The translations under genes were made by a program, and so were the position numbers. 64,000 nucleotides of DNA from Chrysomallon squamiferum. Lineage: Eukaryota > Animalia > Mollusca. Below the pieces are notes generated by a model. It was not told where the DNA came from and made no database searches. It saw only the letters and a program-made list of their open reading frames with translations. Of this stretch, positions 13,194 through 24,696 are shown in pieces. Positions within the stretch are counted from its first letter, which is position 1. Each line of letters starts with the position of its first letter. Location: NCBI GenBank assembly GCA_012295275.1, contig CM022671.1, positions 31,248,001 through 31,312,000 on the forward strand. Direction: 5' to 3'.

Positions 13194-13908
13194 TGAAAAG
13201 TCACACAAAATGTTGTAAGAGAGTTGAAAAGACACACAAAGTGCTGTACGAGAGTTGAAAAGTCACACAAAGTGCTGTACGAGAGTTGAAAAGTCACACA
13301 AAGTGCTGTACGAGAGTTGAAAAGTCACACAAAATACTGTACGAGAGTTGAAAAGTAACACAAAATACTGTACGAGAGTTGAAAAGTCACACAAAGTGCT
13401 GTACGAGAGTTGAAAAGTCACACAAAGTGCTGTACGAGAGTTGAAAAGTCACACAAAGTTCTGTACGAGAGTTGAAAAGTCACACAAAATACTGTACGTT
13501 TGTTGAAAAGTCACACAAAGTGCTGTACGAGTGTTGAAAAGTCACACAAAGTTCTGTACGAGAGTTGAAAAGTCACACAAAGTACTGTACGAGAGTTGAA
13601 AAGACACACAAAATACTGTACGAGAGTTGAAAAGACACACAAAGTACTGTACGAGTGTTGAAAAGACACACAAAGTTCTGTACGAGAGTTGAAAAGTCAC
13701 ACAAAGTTCTGTACGAGAGTTGAAAAGTCACACAAAGTGCTGTACGAGAGTTGAAAAGTCACACAAAGTACTGTACGAGAGTTGAAAAGTCACACAAAGT
13801 GCTGTACGAGAGTTGAAAAGTCACACAAAGTACTGTACGAGAGTTGAAAAGTCACACAAAGTGCTGTACGAGAGTTGAAAAGTCACACAAAGTACTATAC
13901 GAGTGTTG
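13194..13908. repeat. 31-bp minisatellite, about 23 copies (GAGAGTTGAAAAGTCACACAAAGTGCTGTAC)
   Basis: Head-to-tail near-identical units with point variants and no spacers. Confidence 0.97.
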
Positions 13909-13962
13909 CAGAGAACGTCGACACACAACGAGTTATTCAAGTGAATTTACTACTCAAAATCG

Positions 13963-14180
13963 TCACGGATCAACCTGACAACACCACCAGTGCATGCAGC
14001 TATAGTGAAGCAAAAATTTAATATATATATATATATATATCACGGATCAACCTGACAACACCACCATGTATGTATGTATGTATGTATGTATGTATGTATG
14101 TATGTATGTATGTATGTATGTATGTATGTATGTATGTATGTATGTATGTATGTATGTGTGTATGTATGTATGTATGTACG
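13963..14180. repeat. 27-bp direct repeat (13963-13989, 14040-14066) followed by (TATG)n
   Basis: TCACGGATCAACCTGACAACACCACCA occurs twice, then a tetranucleotide tract. Confidence 0.9.
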
Positions 14181-14489
14181 TACGTACATAGCAGGCCCAC
14201 CATTACTTACAGCTTACAACGAGTTCACCTGCCATTTGTCAGCAACGGTAGCAATATCTGTCACCTGTTCATTTAGTGAACTTCGTTTTGTACAATAAAT
14301 TAAACAGACACTTTAATTTTATTTTGTATTGCTAGTAAAATAATGTTAATTTATTTGATACAATTAGTTTGAATATTGTACATTTTCTGTTCCAATTACA
14401 CCGGATCCAGCCATCTGTTTCATAAATGCTGGGAAGGCCACTGATATACATAGATGCATACATATACATATACATATACATATATACAC

Positions 14490-14533
<44 letters not shown>

Positions 14534-15700
14534 ATTAATTGTCGTTTTCTTTTGTCTGTACAGTTGAATGGAAAAGGAGGCCATGTTTTTTCTCTTTGTT
14601 TGTAAAAGAAAACGATGCATTTTTTTTTCTTATTTACCATGTGGTGTATTAAACTTTATAAAATAATGTTTTGCAATGATGAACACATAGGTGCTATGTA
14701 GGTGCTACTGTTTTCTAAATAGCGTTTGTTTAACTGGATTCGCACATTTTTTAAAATTTTATTATTATTATTATTATTATCATCATCATCATAAACAGCC
14801 AACAGTAAAAATAAAGATCCATTAAATAAATAAATACATAAATATATAAAAATAATATTAACATTTTTAAAAAGTAAAAAATGAATAAAATAATTTAGAA
14901 TATTACGGCCAGTGGCTTACACGTTCACGCCAACAAGAAGAAAACAATGGACGGACAAAAGAACAGACGCCAGTCTGCTTGGACATCGAGTGAACGACGG
15001 AGTTTTCACTGACAATATACGTAAGCCACTGGATACTAGCTAAATATATAGCATTATAGGAGTTTAAATAAGATGTTATATTTGATGCATACATCAAAAT
15101 CATTTGCATATTTCGAATATATTCAAGTAATAAATCAAAATCAAATATACAAGTGTATGTATAGAAGATGGGTAATGTTAATGTTGATTGTTTCAAATAT
15201 CTTAAGAGTATTTTATAATATGAAAACGGAGAAAGAAAAAGAAGGAAAACGAGTGAAAGAAACAGTCGAAAATAGACTGAAGAAAGAAGGATTGAAAAAG
15301 AGGGAAAGAAAGAAAATAAAAGAATAAAAAGATCAAAAGAACGAGAATAAGTACAAAATAATAATAATAATAATAAAATAAATATATAAAAATCAAATAA
15401 AACACCAACACGAAAAGAAGATGGACCTTTTTCATAAAATGAAACTTTAAAAATCAAATAGAAAAAATAACCCAAAACAAAATCAAATAAAACAAAAGAA
15501 AAAAAAATCTAATTATTTGACAATACAGAAAGTAAGAAAGTAAGAAATGAAAACGTAAAACAAGACCAAACAAAAATTTACAATCATCTCTAATCAGCAC
15601 TCACTAATTTACAGTACGCCGTGCCTCACAATCTCGTAAATCTACATCGAACAACTAAATTTAAAAAAAAACAAAAAACAACAGGATCTGCAAAACTCAC

Positions 15701-15839
15701 CGAAATCCGCTGACATTCGACACGACGTGCACGACGACTGCAGTCGAGTCTCCGCCATCACGTAGTGTTGCTGTATATCCGAGAAATCTTTCTCATGCAT
15801 TCCAACGAAGGACGAAGGTACGCAGTAACTATTAAACAT
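15701..15839 (-). CDS. Candidate alternative first coding exon of the PIM gene
   Basis: Open frame MFNSYC...MAETRLQSSCTSCRMSADF ends in phase 1 at a consensus G|GTGAGT donor, matching the phase of PIM exon 2 (7438). CpG-rich, with three CCAAT boxes upstream on the minus strand (16001, 16030, 16181). Confidence 0.5.
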
Positions 15840-16267
15840 TTTCCGAAGTTTGTAAAATCCAAAACAAAAAAGCCCGCAGTCACGACCTTAACGTTATCGA
15901 ATCTTGTTAACTAAAGGCAGCCAAGCAACTTGCAGCGGTCTTTTTTAATTGTCCGAGCAGAAACAACACGCTGCACTAATTAACCCTTTCTCCGCAATCG
16001 ATTGGGGCAGAAATATTTCTGGAATGTTCATTGGCTGCACTTCTATGCATTTTTTTTTTTTAGTTTTTTTTTTTTTTTTTGTTTCGCATTTGTTTGCAGG
16101 GCGGTTAATGACCTTGAAATATACACTTCATAATGAGGTGTGAAAAAAAAAAAAAAAAGAAAAAAGGTAAGCCTTCTGTGATTGGTTGCTTAGTGATGCG
16201 CTTGTGTGTGAGAATCAATGTTTAATGAGTGACACCAATTTTTTAGAAATAATAATATTTAAAAATA

Positions 16268-16268
<1 letters not shown>

Positions 16269-16304
<36 letters not shown>

Positions 16305-16383
16305 CAAATCAGTATTTTCACTGGGTGCGTGAGTATGTCTGTGTATATATATACATACATACCTATACACACATGCACACGCA

Positions 16384-16457
<74 letters not shown>

Positions 16458-16945
16458 AACATATATGTACGGAACTGATGTGAATGAAAGAAAGGTCAAA
16501 TGACATATGTCACGAGCAATCTAATACATTTCAAATCTGAATAAAAAGTATTGACGTAACTCCTCCCCTTTTCTCCCCCCACTTAAAAAACAGAAGAAAG
16601 AAAAGGTGCACGTGAAACATTGTAATACATCATATTTTCATTCATAAAAATCATAATGTCATTCATAAAATGTATTAATAAATCATACGACATGCACTAT
16701 GACTTCTGTCACATAACTCATTTTCATTCATAACATGCAGGCTCTTTAAGGCTTCATCAGTTATGTGTAATATATATACTGTGTGTATGTGTGTGCGTGT
16801 GTATGCAAGTTAGTAACCAACCCCCATAACTATAAAGTTCTTATGAAAATGAACACACACACACTCAGACAGAGAGAGACACCGATACATCTATGATTAG
16901 AACAATGAATAAATAACAATTACAGCTCTCTAAATGTGGTTCGTT

Positions 16946-17018
<73 letters not shown>

Positions 17019-17164
17019 CGATCATCATCCACATGATTAAAGCGTTATAATTTATCTAATCATAAATCCGAAAGTCTGTTGAATTACCTTTAGCAACAAA
17101 CAAACAAATAAAAAGCTTATCTTCACAATTACAGTTTACCATCACTAATTTATTTCTCAGATAT

Positions 17165-17236
<72 letters not shown>
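16269..17236. repeat. Cluster of dinucleotide microsatellites: (TG)n 16269-16300, (GA)n 16388-16454, (CT)n 16948-17013, (GA)n 17167-17236
   Basis: Direct read. Confidence 0.93.
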
Positions 17237-17237
<1 letters not shown>

Positions 17238-17490
17238 GAAAACCAATTAGCACAGTCCAAATAGATTTTTTTCGTCTGTCTCTGTTTCTTTTGTCGGTGT
17301 AGCAATAAACTGGCAGGGTGAAGTATTGCAGACGGTTTTGGGTAACTAACGCAATAAACAATGGTGCAATTGACAGAGACGAATATGATCTCCAGGCTTT
17401 TGTTTCGATTGTCTCTCGTTAAAGACACATGCCAGTGTGCTCTGAGTTGCGGGATTAACGAACAAGCAAACAGATAATTCCACTGTGCCA

Positions 17491-18153
17491 ATATAATTAA
17501 CATGCTTTGTTAGTCTAAGAAATCAAGGCCAGATTAGCCAGCTTTGTTTTAATGTTTAACTTGGAACTGTAAGTTTTGAATACACTTGCTTTTGCAGTTC
17601 AAACGTAATCTGTGTTGTTATTTTTTTGTTTCTATTTTCTCTCTCACACTTTACCTTTGGTAATGCGAAGAAATAGTCAGAATATATTCTATTTCTTGTT
17701 ATGTTCTTTCTTTCTTCTTCTTCGTTTATTTATTTATTAAATTATTATTTTAATTTTTATAAATATTTATTATTGATACATTGATTAATTTACTTCTATT
17801 ATTATCTGTTTGTTTATTTATTATTATTTTATTTTACTAATTTATTTATTTATTTATTTATTTATTTATCATTTTCCCATCCTTTCTTAATAATAAAGTG
17901 TATAACAAATATAATTAACATGCTTTGTTAGTCTAAGAAATCAAGGCCAGATTAACCAACTTTGTTTTAATGTTTAACTTGGAACTGTAAGTTTTGAATA
18001 CACCTGTTTTTGCAGTTCAAACGTAATCCGTGTTATTATTATTTTTTTTTATTATTTTTTTTTTTCTCTCTCTCACACTTTACCTTTGGTAATGCCAAGA
18101 AATAGTCAGAATATATTCTGTTTCTTGTTATGTTCTTTCTTTCTTCTTCTTCT

Positions 18154-18184
<31 letters not shown>

Positions 18185-18321
18185 TTTTATAATTATTTTA
18201 TTTTAACTGATTAATTTACTTTTATTATTATGTTTATTTATTATTTTATTTTACTCATTTATTTATTTATTTATTTGTCATTTCCCCATCCTTTCTTAAT
18301 AATAAAGTATATAACAAATAT
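17491..18321. repeat. Tandem duplication of a unit of about 415 bp
   Basis: Both copies (about 17491-17910 and about 17909-18321) begin ATAATTAACATGCTTTGTTAGTCTAAGAAATCAAGGCC and end CCCATCCTTTCTTAATAATAAAGTRTATAACAAATAT. Confidence 0.93.
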
Positions 18322-19021
18322 GTGATTGCCGCCATTATTTGTAGTTGTGACGTCATAGCGTATATCACGGTCCGATTTGCTTTTAAGTTTATTTCAGGGC
18401 TGTCAATAACAAAACAACAGCAATAAATAAAATAAAAAATAAATAAATAATAAAAAAAAACATATAAAAGAAAACAAATAAAATTAAATAAAAAAAACAA
18501 AAAATAAAACAAAATGCTTTTAGTCTCAAGCTATGAAGAGATAAAATAGGGTTCAAATATTATTATTTTTTTAACATTATTTTACTATGTTTACTTTTAG
18601 TAGCCTAAAACAATAATTAAATAATATTAATAAATACTAATTATAATACAATACAATATAATATAATGTAATATATATATCAAATAAAATAAATAACTTA
18701 ATTTATAAATAATTTTCATAATCCACTTCCTGCTTCAACATGTATATTTTAAAAACAAATGAACACAACAACAAATTAAACTTAGAATGTTTTATTTTCA
18801 AACTAAATATGCATTTATATTCAAGACAAAAGCATGTTTTGTTTTTCCAACTCTACAGAAAGAGACCCGATACAAAAAAAAATGAAAGGCTAACACGAAT
18901 AAGCAAATTTATCAATCTAGTATCATGATTACAATGAAAATATTCACAAATACACTCAAGAAAAGTGAGAAGTGGAAGAACATGGCAGAAATAGTTTGAC
19001 AACAAGTAATATGGAATAGAC

Positions 19022-19081
<60 letters not shown>

Positions 19082-19095
19082 GTAATAATAATAAC
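19022..19095. repeat. (AAT)n microsatellite
   Basis: Direct read. Confidence 0.93.
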
Positions 19096-19198
19096 AAAAA
19101 AAAAAAATTAATTTGCTTTTGTTGTAACAAATCAATTGTGAAATAACTATTTTAATTTTTCATTATGCTACACTTAAATTTGTTAAAAAAAGAAAGAC

Positions 19199-19239
<41 letters not shown>

Positions 19240-20129
19240 CAATTGCAGTAATTAAATAAAATTTCAAGCAGTTTATTTGGTTTCATCTTTTTTTATTCTT
19301 TTATTCTTTTAAAAAAAAAAAAGTTTCTAAGCAAGAAAAATGAAAAAACAAAAACAAACTCACCAAACCCACCCCAACAAATTCAGTATAAATAAATAAA
19401 TAAATAAATAAATGTCTTACATCTTGGATTTCAGTATGATAATGATAATCATATATATATATATATATATAATATTAAGTATTCTGCATTTTAAATTTCT
19501 GAAATGACAAATTTGAAAACAAAGTATCATGTACACAGATATTCATTTATGTGTTATTCCGTAATTCTAGTAATAGAATGGTTCAAGCATGTATTCCATG
19601 TACACATCTTATTTTTACAGTTCTGTTCATAACAGAACTGTTTACTACTTGTTAGTCTTTCTTGTTTCTGTTACAAAAACATTTAACCTCCACTGACAAG
19701 ATCTGAACCAGCATCCCTTGAAAGGAGACTCTGGTATTTTACAAACTGAGTTACTTATTTACTGTATGTGAAAATGTAAACAGAGTAGAGACCCTGTAAT
19801 AAATAAATAATAATAATGGTTATAATAATAATAATAAAATTCATCAGAAGACAAAATGCTTGTTTATGACGAACTTATAATATTCGAAAAAAAAAAAGAA
19901 GAGAAAAGCAATGGGAGCAAAACGAAAGGATATTAGCTAAAGGCATGGTTAGTGTTGTCATGTCAAAATACAAGTAAATTTTGAACATCTCAAGATATAT
20001 CTGAATTGGATGTGTTAAGATATACTTTACCATCATCAGCAAAAGCAAATATCTTAAACAATGATCAGATGTTCAACACAGTCATATCAGTCATTAGAAA
20101 TAGCAATTTGAAAATTTTGGAATATCATC

Positions 20130-20167
<38 letters not shown>

Positions 20168-20901
20168 CAGTTTCAACATATACTAAGACACACTATACAA
20201 GATATAATTTTTTTCAAAACAAAATTGATAAATAAGAATAAATACTTAGTAATTCAAACCAATTTGAAATAACCATTTGGGACACTACATATTTAGACAT
20301 TAATTAATTAATCAATGTTTAATGTTAAGATTACATTGGTCTTTATGTGACTGTGAGGCAAACTTATGAACACACTTACTAAATAAATAAATAAATAATG
20401 ACTATGCTAATAATAATAATAATAATAATAATAATGTTGTAGCCTTTAAAATCAATAGACAATCATTATATATATTCAAGAATGTCATATTGTAACAGAA
20501 ATAAACACAAATTAAAAATAATAATAAAGTAACAAAATGTTGTTATTTATTAAGAATAAGGATGCAGACTCCCATGCCCAAAAAGAAAAAAAAAAGAAAA
20601 AGAGTTTTAAATGGTACATAGCATGTCACGATGTCATTGTTTTTCATGATAAAATTACTGCAGTGATTTGGTTTTGATGCAGTTTTTGGATGTGGTGTTC
20701 AAAGGGGAAAAATAAAATCCTAAATTTTGTCAATAATCAGCATTATTGTTAATATACTGGGAAAAATGGTGAAATAAATATGAAATAAAAAGAATAAAAC
20801 CTATCAAAAAATAAAAAGCAGTAAAAAAGAAAAGATAATTATTTAATCTATCAAAATCAGTAATAAAAATATAAATAAAATATGATCAATACTAATAATT
20901 T

Positions 20902-20906
<5 letters not shown>

Positions 20907-20972
<66 letters not shown>
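20907..20972. repeat. (AG)n microsatellite
   Basis: Direct read. Confidence 0.93.
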
Positions 20973-20977
<5 letters not shown>

Positions 20978-22529
20978 GTGAGTGGTTTATGCAAGCACAA
21001 TTTTACATTTGAATACCTCACAACAAGAAACTTTACACTTCAAATTAATATTAATAATAATCCTAAATTTAATAAAAATAGCAACAGAAGGAGAACAAAT
21101 AATAATAATAAAGAAAAACATTAATATGTACAATTTTTTCATAATGTAATTTTAATTAACATACATTAACAATAACTATTATACTTAACAATGTCAACAG
21201 TGTAATTTTTTTTTTTTTTTTTTTACAAAACAATATTGACAATAGATCATCAGTATATAGGTAAAAATAATTTGCATATATGTCAAGAAATTTTTAGTTC
21301 AACACTAACAGCTGAACGTGGATGATTTTATTTTATTAATCAGAAGAAAAAGAAATCCAATGAACTTAAAGAAAAAAAAAAAAAATTTTTTTTTGAAAGT
21401 TTTCCAACCAATTTTCTTTAATTCATATTTTAAGAAGAAAAAGAACAAAAGAGGAAGTATTTAATGGAAAGATTACAATTACTTAAAGTCATGCTATTTA
21501 AGAAATACCAAAGTTTCACATGAATGATAATGATATTTTAACAGGTTTTCTGGTAATAACAGATACAGAATTAGTTAAACAACACCAGTAAATTAAAAAA
21601 AAAAAAGAAAAAAAGTTGCCACCCTTCTAATTCTGTTTTTTTGTTTTCTGGGGGGGTTTAAAAAATAAGTCGAGTGTGGGTTGCTCTCATTAATTATCAA
21701 GGAGAGTTTTTTTTTTTTTTTAGAAAAGAAGGATAAAGAATTAAAGGTGAGATGCATAATTATTTATTCTTCTCTAATATCTACTTTTTTGCAACTAGAA
21801 TGATTATGCACCTTAAAAATAAATATTTATTGATGCAGTGTCATATTGTGCAATAATTCAGCCAAATAACCACTGACCAAAGAGCAACACTTAGTATCAA
21901 AACACAATCATATTAATTTAAAAAAACAACAATAATAATAATAATAATAAATCAAATACTATAATATTCCTGAAATTATTGGCTTGCTTTTTTTAAAAAC
22001 TATTTTAACCTTTTTTTTTTGAAAAAAAAAAAAATAAAAAAAATCGTGTTAACCTGGAAGAAAAAACAAACTCAAATTATAAATAAAACTGAAGCTGTAA
22101 GCAAGAAAACAAAAAAGTTACAGAAAAAGAAAAGAAAAGAAATGAAAGAAGGAAGGATAAAAACGAAGAAAAATATTTAAAAAATAAATAAATAATAGAA
22201 AACAGAATCGAATACATTATTAATAAATAAATGAAAGATAATCTTCACCAAAAAAAAAAAATAAGAAAAGAAAAAAAGAATTATGCTTGGGAACAACACA
22301 ATTCTGTACTAACATATCTAAGAAAACAAAACAAACTAAACAACAAATCATTATTATTCACATCATCAGGCTAAGGATACAGTATTTTAATGAACACATA
22401 CCAATATTAATGAACATGATGTAAAAGACTAACAAACAGAATGCATTCAATTACATATGGAAAGCTGGAAAATACAAAAAAAATATTTTCTTTCTAAACT
22501 TCTCTGAAATATTCTGTAAACATTTCCAA

Positions 22530-23230
22530 GTTAATATGACCAACGTATCTGCAATCAGTTTTTGACAATGCAGTATCATCATACAATATTCCCTGTTATT
22601 CATAACAGATTTCCGCGAATACAGTATCATACAGTATCCTGCCCCCCCCATTACCAATGTTTTTGAGAATGTATCATCATACAGCATTTGGTTAATAACA
22701 GGTTTCTTGAAAATGTAGTATCATCAGTCATGGTTTTCCCCATCATTAGTCTTTTTGAAGAAGTATCATCACAGAATATTCCCTATTAATAACAGGTTTC
22801 AATATTCCCTGTTATTAATAATAGGTTTCTAAGAATATAGTATCATACAATATTCCCTGTTATTATTAATAGGTTTCATAAAAAATGAAGTATCATTATC
22901 ATACAATATTCCCTGTTATTATTAATAGGTTTCATTAAAAATGAAGTATCATTATCATACAAAATTCCCTCTTATTATTAATAGGTTTCTGAAAATGTAG
23001 CATCATCATACTGCATTCCCGTTATTAATGCACTGTTTGACAATCTATTATCAAAATGTTATTAGTAACACATTTATGAAAATGTTGTACCATCATACAA
23101 TATTGCCAGTTATTAACAAGCTTTTAGAGATTCGAGTTTTGTTAGTAACAGCAAGATTTTGAAAATACAGCATTGTTATACAACATTTACCAAGCAATAA
23201 CCTATTCTTAACAACACAGTGTCATAATTC
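22530..23230. repeat. Degenerate tandem repeat with a 45-55 bp unit
   Basis: Recurrent TATCATCATACAATATTCCCTGTTATTAATAGGTTTC...AAAATGTAG; best conserved at 22770-23000. Confidence 0.8.
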
Positions 23231-23651
23231 AATTGGTTAACCCTATTTGTGCGTGGTTGCCATTTTCACCACAACCAAAACTCAACAGTCCAAGGAACAG
23301 CTCTTAATTTCTTTTGCCAGTTTAAACAGAACAGCTTCTCACACAGAGCATTCTTCAACTTGATACTCAAGATGCTTTTACAGCTTTACAGATACAGATA
23401 ACAAATACAGTCAGATTAAACACAAGTTTTTTTTTTAAAATCTGTATAATGTAATGGCTATATGGAACTAGTTCAATTTTTGACAGATACGAACAAATTA
23501 AAAGTTACTGTCGTGGACAATTTAAAAATGCTATTTTAAATTGTAAGATGACTGAAATTTATAGATTTATCTCCTGAAAAGCAAAAGCAAAAACAAGACT
23601 GAAAATTCACAAAACATTTAGACAGTTTGTTCATATTTTATGAACTGAAGG

Positions 23652-23712
<61 letters not shown>

Positions 23713-24440
23713 GTCTTCATCATCATCATCATCATCATGAATGTAAACAAATTATTTTTACAAAAATTAAAATTAAGGTTACTGTTTTATTAGTAGTAAT
23801 TTTATTTTTATTTTTAAATTTATTATTATTCCAATTGTTCAACTATTTACGCAGTGTTTTATTTAATTAATAAATCTATAACATTAACAATTAATTAGGT
23901 TAATTAAACAGAAGTCAGTATTATTACTACTGATTAAATTACTTCTATCTTTAATTTTAATGCATTATTACTTTTATTATTTTTTTAATTATTATCTTTT
24001 AATTAAAAGATAAATGAAATTTTAATTATATAATAGCTTTGCTCTTGAGTATCAAAGTCAAATTAAGCTTCATTAATATCGAATTATTTTCATTTGAGAA
24101 ATTTATAAATTTAAAACTATTATTCTTAGTTTGAATGTAACAGACCTATTAAATTCTATAGACTGCATTTTCTTTCCATTTGTTAGATGAAAATTTTAAA
24201 AATGATTATTATTAATAATTATTTTCTTTTAACAAAAAAAAAAAAAGCAAATAGGAAAAGAAAAAAAAAGGATAAATTCAGCAGACTTTACAACACTAAA
24301 TTAAAACTACATAAATATGCTTAATCATTTTTTTTTTTTTTTTTTGTATATATATACTTTTTGTTTGTTGTTGGTGGTTGGTTACTTTGAAAAGGGAAAT
24401 TATTTATTTATTTTTTTATAAAAATAAACTGAAGTCTATG

Positions 24441-24664
24441 TTAGCTGTTAGTTTCGAGCATATTCATTTGGTTACTATCGACACTACTGGAGGCTGTTGG
24501 CGACGTCTCACATGTAGACAACGGCACTGCAGCATTTTTCTTCAAGCTGTCGAGATACTCGTGTTCAGACTGAGCAATGACCTGCGCTAAAATCTCATCC
24601 TCATCCCAACCTGAAATACAGTAATAATAATAATAATAATAACAATAATAATAATAATAATAAC

Positions 24665-24696
<32 letters not shown>

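Noticed and set aside
13194-13908. CRISPR-like appearance of the 31-bp array
   Set aside because: Units are contiguous with no unique spacers, there are no cas genes, and the context is eukaryotic.
15980-16110. TTAACCC...GGTTAA as piggyBac-like ends
   Set aside because: The inverted match does not extend beyond about 6 bp, and the region is better explained as promoter sequence.
22530-23230. C/D-box snoRNA cluster (RTGATGA recurs on the minus strand)
   Set aside because: No regularly spaced D boxes or terminal stems; the motif is simply part of the repeat unit.
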